Of a stretch of 64,000 bases of DNA, positions 1-11,480 are shown one piece after another (the first letter of the stretch is position 1; every line of letters starts with the position of its first letter). The stretch comes from Eledone cirrhosa (lineage: Eukaryota). A program made the translations under genes and the position numbers. The notes under the pieces were generated by a model. That model ran no database searches. It had not been told where the DNA came from and saw nothing but the letters and a program-made list of their open reading frames with translations. The DNA lies in contig OZ024741.1 of NCBI GenBank assembly GCA_964016885.1, forward strand, positions 237,708,001-237,772,000. Reading direction: 5' to 3'.

Positions 1-589
1 ATTCCCCAAAAAGCCATGTCGTTGTGAAGTGAACTCCTTCATATACATATAGTAAATACATTTGTTATATTAAATCAACAACATATCTCCTCATTACTAC
101 CAGCTGCAATATATAATGGATCCTCTGTCAGTTTTGACAATGAGCATTCAGTGTTGCTGGGTATTCGACTGATAATGTACTTTTAATGTAATTCTGAAGC
201 TGAATCAGTGTGATATAATGTTTGATGAGGCCAGACTTTTGACCTACATGTACAATCCATCTGACTGGCTTCCATACAGTTTCCCTTTATTTAGTTTGAC
301 TCACAAGGCCTCAGTCAATTCAAGATGCACAGTGAGATCAAACCTAGGACTTCATGATTGCCAAGCAAACTCCTTAATTACATGGCCCTGCCTGTGTCCA
401 CAATATTCATCTATACACATATGTTGCATACATCTGTATAGAAACATATTCATATTGCTACATTTTTATTTTTACACCTATCTTGGAAACAGGTGTAATA
501 GTATTATTTTAGGTAGGACTCAGAGGTAGGTGTAATAATAAAAATTTACATTAAAAATATGCGTAATCTATTTCTATTTTTCTGTGCAG

Positions 590-1275
590 GTGAGCGACCA
601 TATACCTGTTTCACATGCAACAAATCATTTTCACAGAGGAGCCATCTGAACAACCACCATCGTACGCACACAGGAGAAAAAATCTACAGCTGTGACACAT
701 GTCATAAATCCTTTGCCCAGAAGGCACATTTGACCATTCACCAAAGAACTCATTCTGGAGAGAAGCCGTTCATTTGTACAGTTTGTGGCAAAGGGTTTCC
801 TCAGAAGGTGCACATGATAAAACACGAGCGAAGCCATAGTAGTGAGGACTTACAGCGAGCATCATTCCAGCAGTCAAACAATACAACTAACCCCCAGTGT
901 CAGCACTCATCAATCATGTCTGCTTGTTCTTCGTCTAACTGCATGCTTCCTTGCCAGGCACCGTGCATGAGCTCACCATCTGTGGCGATTTGTCAGTGTC
1001 AGTGTTCACAGCTGTCCAATCAATCAATGTCCTCAAATCTATCGATGAATCCGGCTACCAGCCACGGTATGTGTCAGTGCGGCCCTCCGGAGAATGTGTC
1101 GTCTCGATCGCAGAAAAACACTTGCATGAACTCGAACATGGGTGGCAATATGTGTTCAGAACAAATACTGGATGACTGTCAGATGTGTACGAGAATGTAC
1201 TCCAAATGGAACACTAATGTCACTAACTGCTGTAATGGGAAGCAAATGAAGAACATGGACCATTCTCAGACTTAA
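590..1275 (+). CDS. Terminal coding exon of a C2H2 zinc-finger gene (3 fingers plus a Cys/Met/Ser/Gln-rich tail)
   Basis: Acceptor tttttctgtgcag|GTGAG at 589/590 falls inside a GERPY linker. Three CxxC-x12-HxxxH fingers with TGEK/SGEKP linkers follow. Stop TAA at 1273-1275. Upstream exons lie outside the window. Confidence 0.9.
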
Positions 1276-1774
1276 CCAATTTCTCTTATACATCACTCTT
1301 CTCTTACTTTGCATCTACATTTCACTGTATACACATGTGTGTTGTCTGTGAGGGCATTGAGACAGATTTCTACGTTGATATCCCATCAACAGGACATGTT
1401 GGACATATTCCTGAAATTGTTCTTGTAGTTGTTGTTGTTGGATGATAGCTGTATCACATTCTGCATGGAGGGAGGGTGGGGAGTCAGATACACCATCATC
1501 AATGATGTCACACAGAGGAAGTGGCGGTGGACTGTCCAATCCACACCATCATGATAACATTACCATTAAAGCTCATGATAATTCTGAGAATGATGATAGT
1601 AAAGAAGATAATGATAACAATAATGGTGGTGATGATAATAAAAAATAAACAGATGACAATGTAAACATTAGTAATTAGAAACAAAATTGTCTAATTTAAT
1701 AATTGTAACAAAAACTGATCAGGGAAAGTTTATAACTTGTTCACTGACATTTTCACTACACTGGATCTATTATA

Positions 1775-1995
1775 ATTATTCTTTCTAACATTGGCGTAAG
1801 ACCAGCAATTCGGAGGGAGGGGAAAGTCGATTATATTGACGCCAGTACATAACTGGTACTTTATTTTAATAACGCCTGGAAGGATAAAAGGCAAAGTTGA
1901 CCTTGGTGGGATTTGAACTCACAATATAGAATGTTGTAAATAAATACTACAAAGCATTTTGTCTGATACTCTACAATTACTGCCAATTCAACACC
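1775..1995 (-). mobile_element. tRNA-derived SINE (diverged copy)
   Basis: Contains the aaaggcaaagttgacc...gatttgaactc core shared with the cleaner copies at 13489 and 32970. Confidence 0.75.
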
Positions 1996-2618
1996 CATGG
2001 ATCTATTAGGATAGCCACCCATTTCCTATATTGGGCCCATCACTATGGTGATCCCTACATTAAACATATGGGGATGAGAAACAAAGATCTTTCATCCTGA
2101 TGATGTATTTATTTGGGGGCTATTCACATGAAGTGGACATATAAAACAGTCATTGATGTAAACTAATCTGGGTTCATTGACCTGTGAACAAAACATTTTT
2201 CATAGTTATCTGTCATTTCATAGATTACTACTATTGTTTGTTGCAGAAGACTCTACCAGCCACATACATTAAATAACTATACTCTACAACATGTATTGAG
2301 TACTACTTTTACATTGTTCATGAAGCAAAAGAAAAAATATTTCTCTCTCTTTCTACACACACACACACACATATATATACATAAACATATCCAAAAATAT
2401 ACACTTGTATATATATATGTAATATATATATATATACATACATATATATGTATATATATATATGTGTGTGTGTATATATATGTATATATATATATGTGTG
2501 TGTGTATATATATATGTGTGTGTTTAGTAGAAGTTGTTTTGGTAAAAAACAGGAATAAGCAGGAGAAAGCTCTCTACATTCGTAGTGTGTAGTTATGATG
2601 GGGATTCAGTATAAGAAG

Positions 2619-2891
2619 AACATTAAAAAAGATGCTGATATTACATAAATCGTTTATTCATTATAATTATTTCGATGGATCCCTTATGTAATCCAAGATG
2701 TAACGTATGTATTTGTTGTTGGTATGGGAATGATATCTTCAGATGAAAATCCGATTATGTGATATGCTGCAGGCAAAAAAAAAAACGTCCTTCTTGTGTG
2801 CATACATTACACCTTGGATTACATAAGAGAACCATTGAAATAATTATAATGAATAAACGATTTATGTAATATTGGCAGCTTTTTAAATGTT
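2619..2891. repeat. Fold-back unit (arms about 2619-2711 and 2799-2891), Penelope pLTR-like
   Basis: ttacataaatcgtttattcattataattatttc is mirrored by gaaataattataatgaataaacgatttatgtaa. Confidence 0.9.
2657..2747 (-). ncRNA. Type I hammerhead ribozyme (long stem II, partly decayed)
   Basis: Minus strand reads TTCAT-CTGAAGA-...-GAAA-TAATTA-TA|ATGAA. Stem I is TTCAT/ATGAA and stem III is palindromic. Confidence 0.7.
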
Positions 2892-3037
2892 AATCATATA
2901 TATATATCAGAGTGTTGTTTGTTTGAAGCATTGTTGAATAGGAAATATAAATTTAAATAATTTTAAAAGCCGTACAATGCATTAGAAAATTAAAGGTGCC
3001 AAGATAACTATAGAATTTTGCTGTAGCAAATTAAATA

Positions 3038-3077
3038 TCCCAAATATTTTCGGGTTTAAAAACCCATCATCAAAGGA
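3038..3077 (-). ncRNA. Minimal hammerhead ribozyme motif (C3>U variant)
   Basis: Minus strand reads TCCT-TTGATGA-T-GGGTTT-TT-AAACCC-GAAA-ATAT-TT|GGGA, with a perfect 6-bp stem II. Confidence 0.65.
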
Positions 3078-3411
3078 GTATTCCTGTGAAGGTCTTAAAG
3101 GACCAGTTGGAGATGTTATTAGGAAGGCAGATTCTCTCTCTCTCTCTCTCTCTCTCTTTATCTCTATATATATATATATATGTATACAGCTGTAGAAAAC
3201 CTGCCAGATACAGTTCTATACGAGTGAGACACAGTCACCCGATCAATCTTGCCTTAAATGGGACTATTCTCGTCTAACCCATGCTAGCGTGGAAGATAGA
3301 TGTTAAACGATGACGATGGTGATGATATATGTATAACAAAGAAAGTGAGGTAAGAAACCAGGTGGACCATAACGCACCAGAGTACTTGATTCTTAGGGTA
3401 GTAGAGTGGGT

Positions 3412-3549
3412 AATAGGAAAAGAGTCAGGACCTCGACGGCTGAGCTCCGGCCGTTTCGAACTAACTCAGCAGGCCACTGCTGGGTTAGTTTGGATCTAGC
3501 TGTCGAAACAGCTGGAGCTCAGCTGTCAGGGTCTTGACTCTTTTCCTAT
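3412..3549. repeat. GC-rich nested inverted repeat (long hairpin)
   Basis: Outer arms are ataggaaaagagtcaggacctcgacggctgagctccggccgtttcga and tcgaaacagctggagctcagctgtcagggtcttgactcttttcctat. Inner stem is aactaactcagcag/ctgctgggttagtt. Confidence 0.9.
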
Positions 3550-3749
3550 ATATATGTATATATATATACACATACATATACACAGTAATTCAACAGTAAG
3601 AATTCTCTATACAAAATGTATCCAAATACCATGCATATATATACACATATATAAGTGCAATGACATAAGAGGCGGGAAAGTAAGTAGATGAACTTATATA
3701 AAGATGATAAAGGATTGATTCTTACTTTCAATATATATATATCTATATA

Positions 3750-3848
3750 AAAGGTAAACAGAAATAACAACAAATGGTACAGTATATGGAAGGAATATAT
3801 TAGTTTAACACTGGAAATAGCAGGAAGAGGGTCTTAACATTTTGGACT
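3750..3848 (-). mobile_element. Penelope pLTR 3' tail fragment
   Basis: Reverse complement matches 43300-43405 (gttaagaccct..ttcctgctat..aatatat..cttccatatac), which follows a GIY-YIG fragment and a hammerhead. Confidence 0.75.
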
Positions 3849-3862
3849 ATATATATATATAT

Positions 3863-4120
3863 ATAATATATAAGAACAAAAGATGGTTAAAGGAGTTCCA
3901 TGTATTTTATTATGCGCATTTCAAAAACAAATATCATCATGCAATAATATTTGTGTTTTCATCAGATAAAACAGGAGGACATGATATGAAGGCTAAAAAA
4001 CACTTGTGGATAGTTCAGTGTTAAATCAACATATCATATTGCATGATGATATTTGTTTTTGAAATGCGCATAATAAAATACATGGAACTCTTTTAACCAT
4101 CTTTTGTTCTTATATATTAT
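3863..4120. repeat. Fold-back unit (arms about 3863-3946 and 4037-4120), Penelope pLTR-like
   Basis: Near-perfect 84-bp inverted arms: aagaacaaaagatggttaaaggagttccatgtattttattatgcgcatttcaaaaacaaatatcatcatgcaata and its reverse complement. Confidence 0.95.
3905..3971 (-). ncRNA. Type I hammerhead ribozyme, intact core
   Basis: Minus strand reads TTTTAT-CTGATGA-AAACACAAATATTAT..ATGATATTTGTTTTT-GAAA-TGCGCA-TA|ATAAAA. Stem I is a perfect 6 bp, stem II is long, stem III is palindromic. Confidence 0.88.
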
Positions 4121-4384
4121 GTATACTCCAGTCCTACAAACTGTAGAGTGCTTCTTATCCGATATCTGCATTGCTTTATTGTACTACAATAAAACTCACC
4201 TCCTACATATATATATATATATATATGTGTGTGTAAAACGAAGGAACCAGGTGGACCATAACACACCAGAGTACTCAATACTTTGGTCCAGAAATAGCCG
4301 TCGAAACGGCTTGAGCTCTGCCATCGGGGTCTTGAACATTTTCCTATTATATATATATTTATGTATATATATATATATAGAGAG

Positions 4385-4712
4385 AGATACATTGACAGAA
4401 AAATCGGAAAGTAAGTAGATGAACTTACATAAAGATGGTAAATTCCGACTAATTTCTATACAGCTGTTTCAGGGAGTAAGAGAAATAGTGCCAAATACCA
4501 AATAAATGGCACCCTCAAGACAAACCAACCCATCATCAGTAGGAATTTGTCTTACTAAACATATTAGAAATGACTAACCACCATAGATTCAAAACAGAAT
4601 CTGAACGCACATTGTGAAGATGTTATAATATAAAGATACTGGCAGGCTAATGGGGTTGCTAGAAGTAGCAACACATTTGGTCTAAAGTGAAACAGCTCTA
4701 CTAAAATTTACT
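4385..4712 (-). mobile_element. Penelope-type pLTR / non-autonomous element carrying a hammerhead
   Basis: Co-linear with 21195-21571 (gaacttacata.agatggtaaa, ttctatacagctgtttca, ccatagattcaaaa, ctctactaaaatttact). Confidence 0.75.
4451..4547 (-). ncRNA. Type I hammerhead ribozyme, intact core, extended stem II
   Basis: Minus strand reads AATTCCTA-CTGATGA-TGGG...CCCT-GAAAC-AGCT-GTA|TAGAAATT, with an inner hairpin gtgcca..tggcac. Confidence 0.85.
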
Positions 4713-5409
4713 ATATATATATATATATATATAACCCCCCCCCCCCCCAGTGCTGGTGATCTACATAATAAAAGCACTCAGTACATGTAAAGTGGTTGGT
4801 GTTAGGAAGGGTATCCAGCCGTAGAACGCCTGCCAAATGAGGGGTTAGGAGGATCTTTCAGTTAGTGTTAAAAGACACAACTTCACCTCTACACTCAATA
4901 ATGACTGTACGTAAGTAGGATACAGACTCCATTTTTATGTTGATGCCATGTTTTGAGGCAATGTTTTACAGAAGGTTCGCTTCTTACAGCATGCAGGAAT
5001 AAGGTCTAACTATTCTAAACTGAATTTACATGGTTACATATGTACATGTATATCATCATCGTCACCGTTTTACATCCATTCTTCCATGCTAGCATGGGTT
5101 AGCCAGGTCATCCTGTTATGGGCAATGCCAGGTCAGGTGATCATCTCTTGCTCATACAGAACTGATTTTGGCTTGATTTCTTCAGTTGGATGCCCTTCCT
5201 AACGCCAACCTCATTTACAGTGAGTACTGAGTGTTTTTTTACCATGGCGCCTACATGACCACTTTGCAGTGTGGACTGGGTGCTTTTTTTGTCGTGACAC
5301 CTACACACCCACTTTACAGTGGGAAGGGGGGGGGGGGGTCATGCTGTCTATATGCTTCAGCTTCGGCTTGTACCCATGGGAAGTCGGGTCTTCTGTATTA
5401 CTGCATAAC

Positions 5410-6930
5410 GCTAGAGGTCTCAGTTCTGTGTCATCACCTTTGAGAGGTGCAATTGGGCAAGATCAGCTTTTATCACCTCATCCCAGGTCTTCTTGGGTCT
5501 CCCCATTCCAAGGTTTCCATTGACCTTTAGTGCTCTGCACCTTTTTATGCAGTTGTCATCCTTCATACGCATCACATGTCCATACCAATGTAATCTCCTG
5601 CATACAGTATTTGATTCCTCTTATGCTTAGTCTCTCTCTCAATTCGTTCAGGCTTTGCCATTCACGTATATTACTATAACACATCCATTGGAGCATGCAA
5701 GCTTCGTTTCTTTCTAATCTACACAAGCTTTTTGCACACAACACCCAGGTCTCACTACCATGTAACATTGCTGTTCGTATGCATGCATCATAGAGTCTGC
5801 CTTTCATTTTGAGGGAAAAGCCTTTTACAGCTAGCAGTGGTAGTAGCTCCCTGAACTTCTTCCATCTCGTTCTTACTCTGGTTACTGTACTTTCAGAACA
5901 CCTACCTCTGCTACTAATTTGGTCACCTAGGTAGCAGAAGCAGTCAACTGTTTCTACAGAGCTCTCCCAGAATTTAGTAGTGCTTGTATCCTGTGGCCAT
6001 TTGCTGCTTACTGCCCTGGTGCAACTGCTACATGTAAAGACTACATTCTTAACTAAACTACCTGAGATCTCAGTACATCTCTTGTGTACTCATAGTTTGC
6101 ATTTGGGGCAGAGGATGGAATTTCTATCTACATCTTTCCTACATACTGAGCAAGGCCATTTCCCTGAGGGGATCTGGGTTCTGTTTTCTTGTCTACTTAG
6201 TCTTTGTCAGGTTGACTTTGAGACCCCTTCTTTCTAGTCCCTGCTTCCATGTTTGGAATTTCTTTTCTAGTTTCACCATAGATTCAGCTATAAGTGTAAG
6301 ATCATCTGCGTACAGAAGTTCCCATGGGCATCTGGTCTTAAACGCCTGCAATTTGATAATAAACAGGAGAGGGCTAAGAACAGAGCCCTGGTGGACACCA
6401 ACCTATATGCTAAATTCTTCGCTATAGTCTTTGTAAACCATACTTTGCTGACTGCTCCCCTATACATGGCTTGTACAGTCTTCACAAGCCATTCATCTAC
6501 TCCTAGTTTTCTAAGAGCCCACCAGATTATAGCACGGGTCACTCTGTCGAAAGCTTTTTCCAGATCGACACATGCTTGGTAAAGCAGCTTACTTTTAGCT
6601 AGGTACTTTTCCTGTAACTGCCTCACAAGAAAAAGAGCATCAGTGGTGCTTTTGCCTGGCATAAACACAAACTGCATCTCATCTGGATTTACCCAGTCCC
6701 TAATCAGCTGTGCTATAGCTCTTTCCGTTACTTTCATGATATGGTCCATCAGCTTTATGCCTCTATAGTTTCCTCCGTCTAGTGTGTCTCCTTTACCCTT
6801 GTAGCAGTTGACAATGATGCTGCTGCACTAATCCTTTATTAGTCTTACTTGGTTAACAATACATGTGGTTATGGTGTGACCTACTGACCCAGATGCTTTC
6901 AGCATCTTGGCAGCTATATCCGATGGACTG
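5410..6930 (-). mobile_element. RTE-clade LINE, 5'-truncated, frameshifted RT
   Basis: ORF fragments VDLEKAFDRV and KGRLYDACIRTAMLHGSETW. Same family as 43423-45660. Confidence 0.93.
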
Positions 6931-7529
6931 TATATATATGTATATGCAGTAAAATGTTCATGGGAATGAATAAGGAAAAAAGTGCTCAATCTAGTGTAAG
7001 AGAGCTAATATATTAATATTCATACACACAACATCTATTGTGTAACCTTAGGTTTCAAGGTCTAGTTGTGGCAACCACTGCAGACTGTACACATATGTAT
7101 ATATATATATATATGTGTACACGTATATATATATATAGAATATTTACGTATCGAGAGAGAGAAAAGGAGGGATAGGTGATACATGTAGTTATTTGCCAAA
7201 TAGCATATGCAGAGGGTGCTCAATATTAGTGCCAGCAATGTTAATATCTAGTGGGCGAGAGAATTAGCAGAGCGTATATATATATATATATATGTGGGAC
7301 AGCCCGTCTTACCCTTCCTAGTGTGGAAAATGGATGTTAAACGAGGGTGATAATGAGGATGATATATATACAGACATCCTGATGAAGTACTATTGTCCAA
7401 TACATTGTGACATTCTTTTTCCTTTTCACACTAATAAGGCTCTGCGTAATTGTTCTTTGTCTTTTTTTAATCTTAAACTATATATATATATTTAATATAT
7501 ATATATTAAACTATATATATATATATATA

Positions 7530-7834
7530 TAAAATAAGTAAGTTAAACATGTTAAATTTGGCTTCGTTTATTATAAATTCTCTGCTATATATATTTCAGT
7601 GACAGCTATTATTGGCTCATCAGGCAGTACAAATTAATGTAGAAAAAACAGGTAAACATGGTGTTGAAATGTGTTCCACTCTGTCAATTCATCGATATGT
7701 CCAGCCCCTGGGTGTGTTGTTAATCCTCCAAGGAACTGGAATCATATGCCAATAATAGCTGTCACTGAAATATATATAGCAGAGAATTTATAATAAACGA
7801 AGCCAAATTTAACATGTTTGACTTACTTATTTTA
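7530..7834. repeat. Fold-back unit (arms about 7530-7616 and 7748-7834), Penelope pLTR-like
   Basis: Near-perfect 87-bp inverted arms. Confidence 0.95.
7582..7627 (-). ncRNA. Type I hammerhead ribozyme (weak stem II)
   Basis: Minus strand reads CTGC-CTGATGA-GCCAATAATAGCTGTCACT-GAAA-TATATA-TA|GCAG. Confidence 0.72.
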
Positions 7835-9021
7835 CATTACTCCAGAGTAAACAAACCAACCTGCGTACTTCGTCAAGTGCTCCAACCTGCATACTGAGGT
7901 GTCGGTAAACAACCAACACATACTCAAAATTTATATATATTTATATTGAAGATTATAACATTCTGTAATGGATTGAGACCTGTCTACCAACATAAAACAT
8001 GTCATGTTACATCCACGTACCCCCTAACCTAGGGGTCCATAGTAAGTGTCCTACCCTCACTATACCACCAACTCCACCCAGTCATGGCACCTTAGTAGCT
8101 GTTTGTATTATCACTGTAAACCTCCTTCCCCACTCTATCTGAGATCACCCTCTTTTCTCACATTCCCCACCACATCTATCATTCATCCATGACACACTTT
8201 CTCCCCATGGCACACCTGTCATATGCACATAGCATACTTGTCATGCCCCACCTATAGTTTATTTCCTGTCCCCCATTCCCATAGGATAAGGAAGTCTCTT
8301 CAGTTGAGACAATGATCAGCAACCTTCCTGGTATCATGATAGAATGCACTCTGTAAAGTCATTGGTGTTAGGAAGGGTTTTGAGATGTAGACCATTCCAA
8401 CATGAGCTGAGAGAACCTTCCAGTCTCAACATGGAAAACTCTCTAGTGATAGTACCATGAAAAATGCATCCAGTACACCCTGCATGGTGGTTGGTGATAT
8501 GAAGGACATTTAGCCATAGAAACCATGCCAAAAATGGGTTGAGAAGACTCTTCAGTTGTATCATAGTCATGACAACCTTTCTAGTGTTGGTGATCTAGAT
8601 GATAAACACACCCAGTATACTCTGTAAATGGTTGGTGATAGGAAGGGCATTCAGCCAGAAAAAAACCTACCAAACAAAAGGTTGGTAGGATTCTTCAGCT
8701 GTGTTGAAGACATGACAAGCTCTATGATAAAATGAACTCACTGCACCCTGTGAGATGCAGGAATGTATGTGAGAAGTTGGTCCCCAATCCATTTGAGAGG
8801 TCAGTAACTCCAATTAAGTACTGACATAGTCTGTGACAACACACTCAACCATTGCTAGCAGGTAAAATGGATGTTAAATGGTGATGGTAATACACTCACT
8901 CACACACACACACACACAAAAGATCTATCCACCATTACAAGCACTGTACACTAAAAGTATACAGTGTAAGAGACTGCAGCCTACAGCATTTGACTATTGA
9001 AAGCTGACATGAACGTGCGCG

Positions 9022-9053
<32 letters not shown>

Positions 9054-9539
9054 CATAAATGATGATGATGTTATATTTATATATATATATACATACACAC
9101 ATATACATAAGTATCAGCACCATCATCATTCTATGTCCATTTTACATTCTGGCCTATGCATATCACGATTTTAGTTTTTCAAATTGTTAACTTCACAACT
9201 GTAGCATAAACAGTCCATCTAAGATGCTAAATAATCTAAACAAAGTTTAGAAATAGGTTTTTTTTCCTAATGACATCCAGTCCAAAAGCAATCATAACAG
9301 CCACAAATACAATGAAAAACCATAAGTGTATTTACAGGACTAAAACTTGTCATGTTACTGCTGTGAATAGTAGTAGGATGGTCAGGTAGAAACGTCTAGT
9401 TGTGTAAACACTTATCGGTCATCATCAAATTATCATACCTCTTTTCCTTTTACATACAGAAAATAGAGATCAAACAACCCACCAACTAACTCTCCTCTTC
9501 TTGTCAGGTGCAAAATTTCAATGCTGCCACTATCATCAC

Positions 9540-11480
9540 TGGCTTAATGAAATGTATGTTTGGAAAGATATGCTAGGGAGAAAACAAGTAGATATGTGCT
9601 GCATACAAAAGGTAAGATGGAGGGCAACTTCAGTGAGACTCCTTATGGCCAAGGAACAACTGTTTTTAGCTGTGTAACAATATTTAGGTAGATAATAATA
9701 TAAAATAATAATAATGAAATTATTGTGTACAGTGCATTGCAACTCATCAATGTATAGTACATAGAATAATGTTCAAATGTCAGGAAAATGAACAGTGTAT
9801 GAATCATGAAATACATGTGTAGTGAATCATGAAATACATGTATAGTGTTGATGAATTTCAGGAAGCATGGAGGTTTTAAAGGATGCAGTGTCTCGACAGC
9901 TAATAACTGATGCAGGTAGTTTGTTTCATGCTTCAGCAACTCTGAGTGTGAAAAAATGTTTCTGAAAGTCATGGGAGCTGTGCTGTTTTCTGACTTTGTA
10001 GGCATGCCCACGTGTGTTAGACACATGGAAATCAAAAAGGTACTCAGAGTTGTTGTTGGCAAGACGGTTAACGTTGTTAAAAAATGGATGAAGTAATTGA
10101 AGAATTCAGCATATGTGAGAGAATAATTAAGTTTAAACAAGTTGTTTCTAAATATGCACCACAGTCGGGATTGACATGAGCAAAAGGATCATTTCAGTGA
10201 GGTCCTTTTGCAGACCATATCTATAAAGAATGACAGAAAATTCATTACTATGGCTGGAGAGTTTAATGGACATGCTAGGAAATGTTATGATAGCTTCTAA
10301 GGAGTTCACTGAGGATATGGCCATGGTATAGGAGATGAAGAGAGAGGTACACATTTAAAGTTCTGTGATACAAATAATCTGGCCATCAAACACAAAATTA
10401 AAAAAACTGACAAGTCACCTGATCACCTGTCACTCAGGTAAATACACAAGTGAAAGAAGCATCATTTTCACCAAGAAATGGATTAGACAGCTGATTATGA
10501 ATACTTAGAGACTAGTGATTTGTAAGAACTAGAGGCACAAGACAAACTGAAGAAGTAAAATATGGGAGATGAAAGATTCTTAGGTCATATGTAGGTTAAA
10601 AGAAGCATTGGTTAATGTGGACGAGATGGTATGGGATACAAACCTATAACATAGCTGGAAGTTTCTACATAGGGACTTATAACATAGGAGATAGCTGAGA
10701 GATTCTCCATAGGGACCTATAGCATAGGGGGCAATTGGGAATTTCTACAGAAAAGTCTGAAGTGAGCACAAAACAGATCTGTAGATAAAGCACTGTTCCA
10801 GATAGAAATAAAGTGACAGTGGAATGGTATAGTAGATAAAACTATAAAAGAAACAAGCCTGGAAAGATTAAAAGAAAGGCAAGGAGTAAAGAACAACATC
10901 AACCAATTCAAAGAGAAGCTAAATGTCAGGTATATGTAGCATGAAGAGGAGCTGAAAGTAAGAGGTCTACCAATGTTTTGCAACCAGAACATCAGAACCA
11001 TGAGGTGTTCTAGATTGCAGAATAGTGTGTTAATGCATGTCAGGCTGTTGTTGGGGAAAAGTGTCTACATAATGATAGTAACACACTTGCACTAACTCAA
11101 GCTAAGAAGAAATGCTACTACATGAAGTTGGTGAATGAGGAGAATGTTTAAGAGAAGAGAAAGAAAGAGAACGAGAGAATCTAGTCCAGGTATACCCAAC
11201 AGAGGGACCTGCTATTAAAGGTAGAGAATGCAGGTAGAACATCAGGGACTGTTGTTGAGATGCTGAAAATATAGTCAGTCAGGAAAGCGTTATCCCTTAT
11301 GACTTATAGCAGTATCATCTTGAACTGCTGCAAGAGCAAAGGAAACCCTGTAGAAAGAAGCAAAGGAAACCCTGTAGAAAGAAGCAAATACAAAGGCATT
11401 GAATTAACAGAGCATGTTTTGAAACTAACAGAGTCATATCACAGCTAATTTGGAAGAGAGTTAGCTCAGATGAGATGGAC
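9540..11480 (+). mobile_element. Heavily decayed RTE LINE (APE endonuclease to start of RT), interrupted at about 9680-10140
   Basis: VDMCCIQKVRWR-like endonuclease motif near 9590. 10900-11480 resembles 43460-44080 (gaggtgttc..gattgc, gagggacc, gctgaaa, cagctaat). Confidence 0.6.

Noticed and set aside
2296-2592. Short ORFs rich in Y/I/C/V/H/T (also near 37072, 50629, 54398 and 60305)
   Set aside because: These are translations of (TA)n, (TG)n, (TATG)n and pyrimidine-rich low-complexity tracts.
9643-10140. 165-aa minus-strand ORF
   Set aside because: No recognisable domain. Probably a decayed DNA-transposon fragment inside the RTE relic.
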